A stretch of DNA of 64,000 nt from Dimorphilus gyrociliatus (taxonomy: Eukaryota > Animalia > Annelida): positions 13,231 through 77,230 of the forward strand of contig CAJFCJ010000051.1 in the NCBI GenBank assembly GCA_904063045.1, in the 5' to 3' direction. Shown here piece after piece: positions 1 through 13,400 of the stretch. The position numbers were made by a program, and so were the translations under genes. The first letter of the stretch is position 1, and each line of letters begins with the position of its first letter. The notes beneath the pieces were generated by a model. The model saw only the letters and a program-made list of their open reading frames with translations. It had not been told where the DNA came from and did not search any database.

Positions 1-372
1 TAAAAAGATACGAAAATTAAGACTTAAAAGAGACTTTTATTATCAATGTATGAACACGATATAAAAAACCTTTTACGCACACATTTCGATTAGCATCTAG
101 TTTGCACTTGATTATTTGTAAAATCGTATTATTTTTATTTGACAATAAAACTTGTAAACGTCAGAAGCTGTTAACAACCTTTGGAGCAAAGGTAAATTTT
201 AAACTAAAGGTTTTAAAGCATGCTATTTAAGGGATATTTATCTATGATGGCATGATATTATTTCATTATATAGTTTTATGGCTTAAACTTTATTTTCCTT
301 TTTTTTTTTATATTTTTTATTACGGTAAACGAGCATTTATATATACATATATATATATAAATATATATACAT

Positions 373-404
<32 letters not shown>

Positions 405-531
405 GTAATTAAAAAGCGTATTTCTGCATCTTATGGATTAAATATCCTATTGTCGCTCCCAATTGGTTTATGATTATTTTGAATATTTCAGTTTTTCTTT
501 TCTGTTCGTTTACATATATTACATAATACAT

Positions 532-573
<42 letters not shown>

Positions 574-1030
574 TATTCATTTATTTATTTATTACATATA
601 CAAGCATTAAGCGTATTGGTTTCATTTCTTTGACGATTGAGACAAAATATGCTCTTTGAGCAGTAGAAATATTTTTACTAACTTTATGTTTTTAACCTTC
701 GAACAGCAATCAGAAAATTAACAATGAAGAAAATTGCACTACAGAAACGAACGAACAAACTGACACCATCAAAGAAGAGTAAGAAATATTAATAAATATT
801 TATATATAGTTGAAATATATAAATAAAACGGGCAAATTTTTCAATTGCTTAGTTAATTTTTCGAATCTCATATCATTGCTTCGTTTTTTGTTAACATTTA
901 TAATTAACATATAAAGTATATCTAGTTGAAAATTTGTATCGAGTGCTAGTCTGTTGTGAATAATTAAAAAATGGAAATAAGGTGTTGGTCGCCTAGGTAA
1001 CAAAAAATTACCGTCACAATAATGCATAAA

Positions 1031-1067
<37 letters not shown>

Positions 1068-2049
1068 CTGTATATATATATATATATTTTCCTATTTAGT
1101 TGTTTAATTATCTATATTTATTTTATTTATTTTATAATGATAAAAGGAAAAACTTTGAAAAATCTCTGAATTTTTGAATAAAGACTTCCGCTAATATATT
1201 GAACGAATTGAAAATTGCAGTTTTGATGCTTTTGTAACTGTTGATAATCGGTTAGTTTTTGTTGATTTTGCATAAAAATATGTTGATAAATTTCCTGGAA
1301 AAGAATAATGCTATATATAATTTTTCGCAAAGTTAGCGAAAAGAATCATTCAAGTCTTATGTGAAAGTAGAGAAAAGAAGAAGAAAAGAGGTGGAAAAAT
1401 TGCACTTGTAAAACTAAAAATAACAAAAGGAAAGATTTTGTTGCACATATTTTTTTTTGCCTCTCCAATTCATTTGTCTATTGTCTTAATAAATGGAATA
1501 GGGAGAGGGCATAGATAGGCATTTATGGCGTTTAATTGATAATCTATGAATGAAATTAACACATATATGATTGCGTTTATATTTATGGATATATAAACCT
1601 AATATCGCTTATATAACTATATACAGTATTTATACAATATACTGTATACGTACTGTATACGTTCACCTTGACACTTATCCAATTACTTAATTCATTATTT
1701 ACTTAGTTAATAATTATTTTTTTAAATTAGGAATACTCTTCAACGTATTCGTTAACCGAACTACCTTTTGGCGCCTTTCTTCTTATCCCTCCCTCCCGCA
1801 CTCTTTTGCCTTTCATTCCACTCCTTTCTCTCGCCTTCTTCCCTTTTCCTAACCTCAACTCTGATCCTCCCTTCCGCTATGAAAATATAAGAGTAAATTC
1901 AACATTTTCTGCTTTCTGACCCTTCTACTACTATTCTCTTCCATTTCCGCTTTCCCATCCTTCGACGTCTTTTGAACTATTCAATTTAATTTTGAATAGT
2001 AATTCATTTAAACTTTTCCTTTCTTTTCAATAATTGACAAGGGTACCTT

Positions 2050-2310
2050 GTGACGTCACTAGTAACCATAATCTTATTCAAATAGATCAATATCGATAAA
2101 ACCGTTTCATCTTTCCAGGATCCGTCTAATTATAGCATTTTTGTTACTTACTTAAACCAAATATAATTCGTGTGACGTCACTATTAGATCTATTTGCATC
2201 AGGTGAGACGGAGCTCCCTTCTTTTTTTCCGTTTACAATTATTCTTCTTTACCTTTAATGTTACCTGGGTAACAAAGCACGTGACAGCCTGAAAGACCCT
2301 TATTGGTTGG
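2050..2310 (+). promoter_or_regulatory. Putative promoter of the kinase gene with CRE palindromes and an RFX X-box
   Basis: GTGACGTCAC at 2050-2059 and 2172-2181; GTTACC-TG-GGTAAC at 2260-2273; CACGTG at 2278-2283; ATTGG near 2302. Confidence 0.45.
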
Positions 2311-3224
2311 CGCCCTCGGCGCAAAGAGATGCCGTATAACGATTTATGAGTGCAGAAAGCAAACTCGTTACCCAAGGTTTGTTACTTTTCTATTCTTGTT
2401 TACTCGTTTTCTAGATTATGTATAGTGGACTCATTTACATCCTTCAGTAATTTTTACCTTCAACATATCTTAATCGTTTAACCATTTCACCTTCAAAGAG
2501 TTGAAGAAGAATTTTTTCAAATCTTGACATGATCTTCTTTACTTTTTTTGTTATCATCTACCACAGAAGACTTTTGCTAGCAATATATCATCTTTCCTCC
2601 TCTGTTTCCTTTTCAGTCTATCTAGCTGTCATTTGGCTGGTCAGCCAATTTTGCCTCTTGCTTTGTCGCCTTCTTCAATTCTCCACTCCCCCTTTCTCTC
2701 TCTCTGTCTCTCCCACCCATCCACGGGGACTTGACTGTTTATTCACCTGTTCATTCATTCATTCATTCGTTCATTCATTCGTTCGTCCGCTTACGCGAGT
2801 GATACTCATTCACATACCCATTCTACTCACAGCCAAATGATCTGTTCATACAAAATATACAAGGATCTAATCTTTCAATCCTTCAGTCTTTCCGTATTCC
2901 ATGTAATTATCCGAAAATCGCATTTATTTTCTCTTTATACCGAATGTACTTTTGTTGTGTTTATATATAAAAACCAATATAATGTATACTTTATATATAT
3001 TAGTATAATAATATCAGTTATATATAAATATATATATTTACATATACAGTATATATCTTCTTTCTCAAATGTTTGCTCTTAAATTGCGTATCAATAGGCC
3101 TATAATTGGCCTATCCTCGATAACATTTTTTCTTATCTTTTTTGGCTTGTTGCATATAGGAAATTTACCTTGAATATCAAACCGAAAAAAGTGCACCGGA
3201 TTAACATGGAATGGAAGATATAGA

Positions 3225-6002
3225 ATGAAACTAAATGAATCGGGCAGTCTTTCCCTAATTACCTCTCTACCAGGAGATATGGATGAAGAATACCTTCCAC
3301 CTGAAGTAGTCGATGTATCGAGAGAAAACCTAAGAGCATTTCATCATACAAAAAGAGTTGGACAGTATCTGCTCGGACGAACCCTAGGACAAGGTTCTTT
3401 TGCCAAAGTGAAAGAAGCCATTCATATCTTAACAGGAGAAAAGGTTTGTATTTATTTTACAATTTCTACTATTCGTCTACATATCTCTCGACTAGAGAAC
3501 TTTCAATCGTAATCTTTACACTTTCTCCATCCGTCTCTCTCCGTTTCGTTATCCATCCTCTCCCTTCCCCCTCCCCTCCATTCTGCCCAACCATAAACGA
3601 CAAATAGTACTCTTAGATTGGAGGGGTCAATCTGTAGATATTTTCGTTTAAAAAACAGTTTAGCTGCCATTTTGAAAGTGTTAAAAAAAAAAGAGAAACT
3701 ATTTGCCGATATCTATACATTCTCTTTACATATTTTTGATTGAACTCGCAAGCAGTGCCGATTAGCACGAGAGAAACGTAACTGTTTATACAAATAGAAA
3801 TGAAAACAAAAAATAAGCGCCAACACCAGACTGAAGAGAAAAGACACCAATAAACGAACGAACCAACGAACGATAGAAACAAAACAAACAGGAAAAGGCC
3901 TATACTAAGAGTCGTAGCGTTTGTCTTTACCAAAATACTTGAATAGTGTTTACTAAACACTTGAAGATATTGAAGAAAAAAAGAAGCAAAATCTAACGAA
4001 TTAGCATTTTTATTGAGTTGAATAATAGAAAAATGTTGATTGTATCAAAATATTTGTAAAAAAAAGAAAAACAAACATGCAATCTATTCAAAATCTTCAA
4101 TCGCTATTTAATTACACAAGAAATCATAGGCAAGTAGGAGGAGGCGGAGGAGGAAAGAAGATGAATAAAAGCAAGAAAAAGAAGAAAACGAAGAAGAAGA
4201 GAACAAGAAGAGAAGACGAAGAGAAAGACGAGAGAAAGAGAAGAGAAAAGAGAAACAAAGAGAACAAGATAGAATAAAGATTAAGAAGAAGAAAATCTTA
4301 AGGTCAGGCAAAGAGAATGAGAACTGAGTACAAGCGAAAGAAAAGAGATTGTGTAACCATTTCGAAGATTGAATTTTGGAGAAAATGTCTATTAATATCT
4401 TTATATAAACGTCTTATTGTTTACTTAAAACTTCTTAAACAAACATAAATCATTTTTTGTGGCCTTCTCCAACCGATATTGAAAAATTTATTACCTTTTA
4501 AATAAGCAAATCGCCGTCTTCCATTACGATCTCTTTTCTTTATTTTTCACTTTTCTCTCTCTCTCTCTCTCTCTCTTTCTCCCTTCCGCGCTCACGTGCC
4601 CCTTTCTTTCTTCAGCCAATTAGGTTGTCCTATTCGTCGGAAATGACGTTTCTTTTGGTCTCGATCTTAGTTCAATGCCATCATACATCCCAACTACATT
4701 ATGCTCTATTTGCAAACCAAGATTGCATCTTTTAACATTTATGCACACACCTTTTATAGTTGAAAGACAGTAAAGGTTGAAGTAGGCGGCGTCCAATCAA
4801 TGGAACTAGCCAGTTGTCCATCTTCTTTTCTAAAAATACCTTTCAAAGCATGACTTTGACAGGTAGAGGGAAAAATTAGACAGCAATATTCTATATTTTT
4901 CTTGCTTCTACACCGTGTGCGACTTTTCGGTTGGTTGAGTTGTTTGTCTAAAGAAATTGACTAAAAGCGTCAATAAAATATGTATGACATTTACGATATT
5001 TTAGATCTAACAAGGCCGCTATTTGAACTTTTAATAGGCAATGACAGGTAAATAGGTAGGTAGCGAGGGAAGGCGAAGGAGAGAGAGAAAGAGAGAAGGA
5101 AAGAAAGAAAGGTAGGAGAGATAGACAGGTAGGAAGATGGGCAAATGTACGGATAGGTAAATTCCTAGGTAAGAGGGATTTGTGGAAAGAAATGAGGAAG
5201 GGAGAAAGGGAGAGAGAACGATAGATACACTGTATAAAGAAATAAGTAGTATTTTGACAAGTAGATGGATTTAGACAGAAAGAAATTTAAGGATTAAACG
5301 AGAGCGAGAGAGAGAGAGAGAAAGAAGGAAAGAGAACAAATGTAGAGTTAGTTTATCGGCTTTATATTTATTTGAAAAAGCAAGAGTCCATAAAATAGAG
5401 AAAAATAAAAAGATAAACGTCGTAGAAATAAAATTGACAAATGACCATAAAAAAAATTAATAATTCTCTTGTTCGAACAGTTGATTGAACCTTAAACTAT
5501 TGTTTCAGGTTGCCGTCAAGGTCATCGATAAAAAAGCTGCAAGGTCGGATGCTTATGTCAGAAAAAACTTGAGAAGGGAAGGTAAACTTTTGCAGTTGGT
5601 TTGTCACCGTCACGTTGTACGTTTATACGAGATTATGGAAACCGAAAACTCGTACTATCTCGTTACGGAACTATGCAGCGGTGGAGATTTAATGGATTAT
5701 ATTTGCGTAAAGAGAAAACTACCAGAGGAGGAAACTAGAAAATTTATTAGACAAATTCTATCAGCCGTTCACTATTTACATAGAAGTGGCATTTTGCACA
5801 GAGACTTGAAAATTGAAAACTTGCTTTTGGACGAAAATCGAGATATTAAAATTATTGGTTAGTGCTCTTATTTTTCCCCATTCATTTATCCGTCTCTGTT
5901 AATTCTTTTCTCCTCCCACCCTTCCTTGCGTTAATCGTTTCATAAGGTCTGATTCTACAAGAGAAATGCCTATACTCTCAATCCATTTGAACTTTCTTCC
6001 AT

Positions 6003-6040
<38 letters not shown>

Positions 6041-9000
6041 TCTCTCTCTCTAGGTCATTGTACAATCGAACGTTGTACTCTTGAAAAATTTCAAGCCGAG
6101 ACTAATCTTGTAATACTCCGATATCATAGAATTGTAATTATTGATAGTAGTAGCTTAGTCCTATGGCATTTAATTTGAAATAATCTATGCGTATGGACAA
6201 AATCAACGCAAATTGGCTCTTTTTTCTTTATATTTAATCTTGTTGAAGAGGCTACTTTAAGATCTTTGTTGAACAGATGAAGAAGAGAGATAGAGAGAGG
6301 TAACAAGATAGTCGTATTCTTAGTGTTTTTCTTTTAATGAAAAGGAGTCTGTCTTTTCAACTCTCTCTCTCTCTCGCTGTTTTCTCAACTTTCTCCCGCC
6401 AATCTTAATCCTTCTCAACTTTTGATGTATCAATCTCTACTCTATTCGCAGAATCATTCAATAGAAGGGAAAGAGAGAGAAAAGTGGACAGTACTCGAAA
6501 TAAAGTAATTTTATTTATTTTTCCTATTCAGATTTTGGATTAAGTAATTCTATTAAAGTGAAAACTGAAGGAAACGTTGTTCTACCCCAGGAACTTTGTG
6601 TCACACAATGCGGAAGTCCAGCCTATGCGGCTCCAGAACTATTAGGAAATGATAAATACGGACCGCAAGTTGACGTTTGGAGCATGTAAGTGATAGCTAA
6701 GCGTCCTATTGCCCATGGTTTTCTTTTTATTTAATCGTTTAGGCTGGTGAAAATCATTCAGAGGTTTCCTTTTTTTTTAGCGTTTTTTAATATAAAATAA
6801 GGTTTGTTAAGAATGTCTGAATGGTTTTTGGGTTTGGGGTTACAGGAAGGGAAAACGAAAGAGAAAGAAAGGGTGAGTGAGTGAGAGAAAGAGAGAGAGA
6901 CGGAGAGTGATTGAGAAAAAAAAACAGGTGCCTCTACCTAAAATCAATAAGAACATAGCAAGCCGATATTGATTAGTTTAATTAAATTTCCCCCTTTTTT
7001 TAATTGACCTAAATCTAAAACATATTGTTTCCTTCCAAATTTCTTTCATCACCTTAAAAATTTATACAATTAATTAAGAATATTTCATGTTTTTTCTTTC
7101 TCAGAGGCGTCAATATGTACGCTATGCTTACTGGAACTTTGCCGTTTACTGTCGATCCTTTCAATATCAAGACCTTGCACGCTAAAATGCTCAAAGGATC
7201 GATCAATAAGATTCCGGATAATCTTAGTGAAGGTACGTATTTATTCATCTATTATCGTTGCATTTTTCAAGTACTACAAGTAAATATGCAGTCCATAAAG
7301 TTGACACTTTTTATTATAAAACATTCTCCGTATCCAGGCGAGGGGGCTTTGCCTCTCATTTCCCTTCCTTCCTCCCTCTTTCTTTAGTTTTTTATCCACT
7401 GTTTCCCTCCTGTGTCCCTACTCTTTTCGTCATACTCTCCTCTCCTCTCAAGGAGTTTCTTTCTCTTTATCTATTCTTCCTTCCTGCTTGTCTCCATTAC
7501 CAGTCTACAAAAGATTAATGACATAACTACAAGTAAATCCGCTGACACTTAAATAGTATATTTCAGCTAATTAAAGTATATCCTGTACTCCATGTAGGAA
7601 ACATACACACATATATTATGATTGAGTAATTAGTATTAGCAATTCTGTATATCTATACAACACACCTTTTTATAAGGAAAATTTTTTACATATACATCAT
7701 ATATTAGTTTAATCTACAGAGTAATCTCTCTCTCTCCCTCCTGATTGAATTATACCTCTTCTACAGTATTCTTCCTTTCCAACCCCCTGAATTAGTAAGG
7801 TGAAAACTAACAAACCATTTCCGTTTTTCTCTCGTCTAGGTAGCGTGATAAAAATGAGTTTGATAGGCGAAATTAATTCCGACTTTCTCCTCTTTTCCTC
7901 GAGCTGTTTGATGATGGCATTGATTTCACTTGGTCGTGACTGTTAAACACAACTAAGCCTATACTTGCACGGAAAAATCATAGGTAGCATTCCCCTTCTA
8001 TTAAAAATCTATTTTTAATAGACGGAGACTGAGAATGAATTAGAACATACTTTCCCCTTTTAACCCTTTTAAGCGCACAGTTTTGTAGAAGGGAGAGCTG
8101 GAAAATTTTCCGAATCTATTGAAAAAGGTACACTGATAGCTTTCTTTATCTCTCTCTTCAGTTTCTCCCTTGAGAATAATTTCAGAAATGTGCAAAACAT
8201 CGCTATTAAAAACCATTAAAACAACCAACTGACTAAGTAATTAAACTCGATTGCCCCCGTTTCTAATTATACTGAAAATGCCATTTTCCTAACCTTTTCT
8301 CTTCCCCTATCTACAGGACAAGATCATGAAAAGAGTGTCAATCTTATTCCTTGGCTTTTTATTTTTTTCTCTTTTTAACCCTAACCCAGTCAATCCTTTT
8401 ACCTTATTAATTCTAAAATTTTCATTATATCTCTTTTTCACCCTCTCCTCACAGATTGCAAGCAGTTAATTCATCAGTTTTTGATTGCCGATCCGAACAA
8501 GAGGATCACTATTGAAGGAGCCTTGAAGCACGATTGGATTACGAAACGTAAGCAATGCTTATGAATATTTAATATGTTCTATTCCTTTTTACGTACTTGT
8601 GTAAAAGATAAAAGAGTACTTAGTGAGGCCTAGTTGAAAAACAAACGCAATATATAAAGGATAGCGGAAAGGAGAATGTTTCTTGTAAGGCTTTACTGAC
8701 AATTTGTAATATGAATTATACAGTAATTTTAATTAAAATCTATTTAAAGAGCTTTCTACAAGTCGTAGTATGTCAACTTGGCTTGATAAATAATCCATAG
8801 ACCGATGTAGGTTGATAATTACCTAAAGGTGTAATATTTATAGAAAGTCTATCAATTATGAACAAATATCTCTCAAAAGATGCATTTACTAGACGATCCA
8901 GGATGAACTGTATTGATAAATTCTCTTCTTTAGTTCTTTTTTTATTTGCCTTCTTTCTTCCTCTCCATCTTTTATTCATTTATCTATCTATCTATCCGTT

Positions 9001-10190
9001 TATGCATGCATACGTACATTTCCTTATTTGCCCGTTTCATGGCAAAGAGAGCAGAGATGCGATACATTCATTATTGATCCCATACTTTATGTTCCATATA
9101 AGCAAAATGTTTTCCTAATCAAAAGATAGAAGCTATTAAGGATAATCCTGACTTAACTCTATATAATTTATGTCTATTTAAGATGCTATACTACCTCTGT
9201 CTCGTGTTTGTTGTTGTTGTTATTGTTGCTATAATTTAGCCGCCGCGGCTTGTTGCAAATAATTAAGTTTATCCCTCGCTCTCTCGCTCTCTCTCTCTCT
9301 CTTTCTCTTTCCCTCTCATTCGTAATTTAGAATCGGTTTCATAATTGTTTACGTTCGCTCATTTATTCAGTCACATATAATCACGTGGGTAGACGAGTAC
9401 GTACGTAGGCAGGCATTCTCTTTTTACCTCAATACCTGTTCTTCAATGTATTAACTAATACAACGCTTTTCTTTATTTAGAATCGACGGACCCTCTTGAA
9501 ACTGCTCCCTTTCCCAATAAACTTCGATCTGACGATCTGGACATGACCATCATCAAACACATGACTTATAAAATGAGTTTTCGTCTAAGTGACGTTATCA
9601 GATTGGTCAGTAATAATATACCAAACACTAGTAGTGCCACCTATCATCTGTTGGTTCGTCGCCTCGAAAAGTTCAACAATAGAGAGAAATTGGCGGCGAC
9701 TGTTTTGAGCGCTGGAGATATTTTAGAATTTGGAAATTCGAATAATAGAAAGGACGAGAATAAAAACGTTGAAAGAGAGGAAGTCAAACCGCCAAAGAGG
9801 CTGACTAGTATTAAGAATGCGGAGAGAAAACTTCAAAAGCGGCGTGTCATGAAGGCCAATCACGTTCTGGGAAAACGAACAGAATCAAACAACTCCGACC
9901 ACAACAACAATCCTCCACCGAATCCGTCCAAGTCAACAGAACCAAAAATTCTTCCAATACTTCCCAATAGGAAGTCAAGTATAACCAGGGCTAGTACGGG
10001 CCTATCAACCGATATAGTCAAGTCACCAAAAACTCTTGACGAAAGACGAATTGGCACTGCGAAAATTTTCCCTTCAATGACGTCACCGAGAACTTCTTCA
10101 ACTTCAAGATATAGTTCGGCCCTTTTGCCTAGAAGACGTACGTCTACAAATTCCTATTTGCCTTCCATATCCTCTGAATTAAACGACTAG
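3225..10190 (+). CDS. HUNK: HUNK-like (AMPK-related) Ser/Thr kinase, 6 coding exons, ~550 aa
   Basis: Exons 3225-3443, 5509-5857, 6532-6685, 7105-7232, 8455-8547 and 9481-10190 join in frame at GT-AG sites (1653 nt). Kinase motifs: GQGSFAKV, VAVK, HRDLKIEN, DFG, CGSPAYAAPE, DVWSIGVNMYAMLTGTLPF. RAFHHTKRVG and KNLRREG match HUNK as recalled. Confidence 0.9.
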
Positions 10191-10497
10191 TCAATCAAGG
10201 AAACAAAGACGCGAAAAGAGGGAAGAAATGCTTCGTTGTTAATCCTCTTTCAAGTTTCTTTGTTCAAACTGATCAAATCTTATATGAATAGATTTTTTAT
10301 ATCTATATTTATATAACTATTATATAAATATTGTATGAAAACCCTAATTTTTATCCCATCGTTTTTTGCCCCCTCATCAATTCTGTTTTAAACTGCAAAA
10401 CAACATTACGAACAGAAGATGAACAAACAATTAAATAAACAAACAGACAGACTAACAGAATATTCAGCTTATAAATAGGTTGTTGTACCACGTCTCT

Positions 10498-13400
10498 CTA
10501 TCTTTTCCTACTTCGGTCTCCCTCAGTCTGCCTGACGCCCGTGACAAACAACCTCCATCTACTTTGTAATATTTTTCTTACAAGTCCACCGTAAGAAAGA
10601 ATATCTTCCTTATCCTGATTCTCTGTCAAACCGCTTATGTTTGCTACTGACAAAAGGAACTTTATGTCCTGGCTCTTCACCTGCATCTTTCGTAAAGAGA
10701 GCATTTAGACGACGAACGAAGAAAGGAAGAAAGAGTAGAAAAAAACGACAAGAAAATAATAATCATAATTTTACTACCTGGACGAGTATCGTATCGAATG
10801 AAATTTCTCCCATTAGCGTATAGTTGTAGAAATGGCAAAAAGACACGGCAGTTATGACTCTTTTTGAAATCATCCAACTGTTGCGAAGAGAGAAAACGCT
10901 AGAAGAATTTTTATAGTCTTCTAATTTGTCGAATGTGGCGTCGGCTGTTAGAAAATTGCTGTACATTTCCCTCACAAAAGCTGAACCTATTAGAGAAATA
11001 CGAGGGATAATAACAATACACAACAGTCGACGCTAGTCAAATCTATATTGTACTTACTACTTTCTAAACGACTCCTATTAATAGCTTTCAGTTTTTCATT
11101 TCTGAAAAGAAACGTTCTTGATATCACTAATTGTGAATAGATAAGGAAAATCGAATATAGTTATCGATGACCGACAGCGTCCTCTTCGCTCTTTTCCTAT
11201 TGTTCTTGTAGTACTTTTTCACGTCGTTGAACGTATACAAGAAAGGATTTATAACAGAGTTGATGGGCAGAATCACTGTTAGCAATGTAGTATAGATTTC
11301 TTTTGAAATGACCAATTTAAAAAACACTGAATAGATTCCTTTAGAAAGCAGGTTAACAGAGCGAGAATCAGAGGCGGCAGGTTAATCGTTCATAGTTTAC
11401 CTACCTAAAAATGATATTGGAAACCAGCACAGGACATTCGTTATAGCAATCATAAACACTCTCAATTTGATCTTTCCCTGCTGTTGCTTGAATAATGATT
11501 CGCCAACTAAACTCTTCGATTGTAGTGTTCTCTTCCATATTTTAAAGTAGATAATACAGATGAACAAACAGATTAAACTAATCGCGCAGCTAAACAAAAC
11601 AAACGAGTAGAACCATCCTTCCTTCTTCTCGCTCGAAATATGCAATGAAAAGCACATGGAAGTCTTCGAATAGTAGTCCTACAAAGCGATAAATATCCGT
11701 TATCTTTCGATAATTATACAGTATTACTATTGTTATTGTTACGTCATAAACGAAATAGGGTAGGATGGAAAGGATCAACGAGGAGGAAGAGATGATTATC
11801 GTAACAATCCATAAAACTTTTGATTGGAAAATATTAAACGTGGGATACATGATAGCTTGTTGTCTTTCTATTGTTAGAAATAATAGACTAAAAGTTGATA
11901 ATAGAATTGAGAAACTGCATAACATTCCCATCAATGAACACTTTAAACTATTCCTCCATTCGTAATCATTTTCAATATACTTTCCTCTAAGAGTTAAATC
12001 CGTCACTCCAATCGATAGGAAATAGATTGAAGTCGCCAAATCGCCAAACGATAAACTCAAATTGAAATGGCTACGCTTTAATTTCGAAAATCCAATCCTA
12101 AATATCAAAGATCCCATATTCTCAATTAACCCTATCACATTCATTATCCACAAAATTGATCTTAGTAGCTTCGACGCCATTAGATCGGCGCACGAATTGA
12201 ATAACGATCTCATGGGTTGGCAATTCTTCATTCTCCCTAAATACTTGCCAGCAAGACAACACAGCTCAAAGTATTCGCTAATCAGATTTTCCAGATTTTT
12301 CAAATGGTCAACGCGAATCCTATTGGTCGACATGCGGAGAATTGTGGATTTTCTCAATAGAAGATCTTTCAACGACAACAGATCGGAAAACGATTCCCGA
12401 TCAATATCCCGAAAACGACACAAACTCAAGTTCAACTGTTCAAGTTTGTTCAATTGTTTGAAAAGTAAAGCAGTCAACTTTGTTAAATTAGTCATTGATA
12501 AATCGAGCTTTTTAAGATTTTTAAATATGCCAAAAGAAAAGAGAGAAGGTACCATCAGTGGAGTTTTTCGGAAAATTATTATCTGTACTTTGGCCATACT
12601 ATAATCGTCTAAACCGTACAAAGATATCATTCTATTGTTCGACATATTTGCTATCAACAAATTTGGGAATTTCCTCGCAATTACACCCATTTTTTCAACA
12701 CTTTTTCTAATTGTTAAATAGGTTAGGCTTACGTACGTTTCTTCAATTAAAAATGCGTTCAAATTAGACTTTGCATTCGAAATGACCAACTTCTTCCAAT
12801 AATAATGAATGGGTATTGTTCTTGACGAATTTTTGGTCGTCATCATTGAAGGAGACGCCTCAAAATTACAACTGACAGAGTAGAATGAGTCGCATGCGCA
12901 TGAGGTCGGGCAAGAATTCGAACTGTTGCAGTATAATTCGTCGCTTCCCTTTAGGCACTCTACTATTCCATTGCAAACGTCCGAAAGGAGAATGTAGAAT
13001 CTTTCCTCTCTGCACTTGAAGTATCCTTTCGGTTTGAAGTTGTCTATTTGATTTTAATAACGGAAAAAGAGGAAAACGCTAACGAAAAGAAGAGAAACAG
13101 TAAGCGAAATTTGAAGGCAACAAACCGCAATTGACTTCGTCATCGTACTCATTACAGTGAACAATTCCGTCGCAAATTTGTTTGATTGATATACAATAAC
13201 CGCCATTTCGACATAAATATTCGCCAACATTACACTTTTGAATATTGCAACCGTCCAGAGCCAGGTAGGGAAAATGGACTTTTGTTAAAAGATTCCCCAT
13301 AGAATCGTACTCTACACGGCAATTTCTTTTAAATCTTCTATAAGTCCTCTTTATCCAAAAGCAAATGTTCTTTCCATTATTTAATTTATACCTCTTCTGA

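Noticed and set aside
2529-3082. Hydrophobic 103-aa and 81-aa ORFs upstream of the kinase
   Set aside because: Made of (TTCA)n, (CT)n and AT-rich simple sequence, with no recognisable motif.
3206-3228. Two tiny upstream ORFs just before the kinase ATG
   Set aside because: Five-codon frames are expected by chance, and there is no conservation evidence available.
4077-4311. K/R/E-rich ORFs on both strands
   Set aside because: Purine-rich simple sequence inside kinase intron 1.
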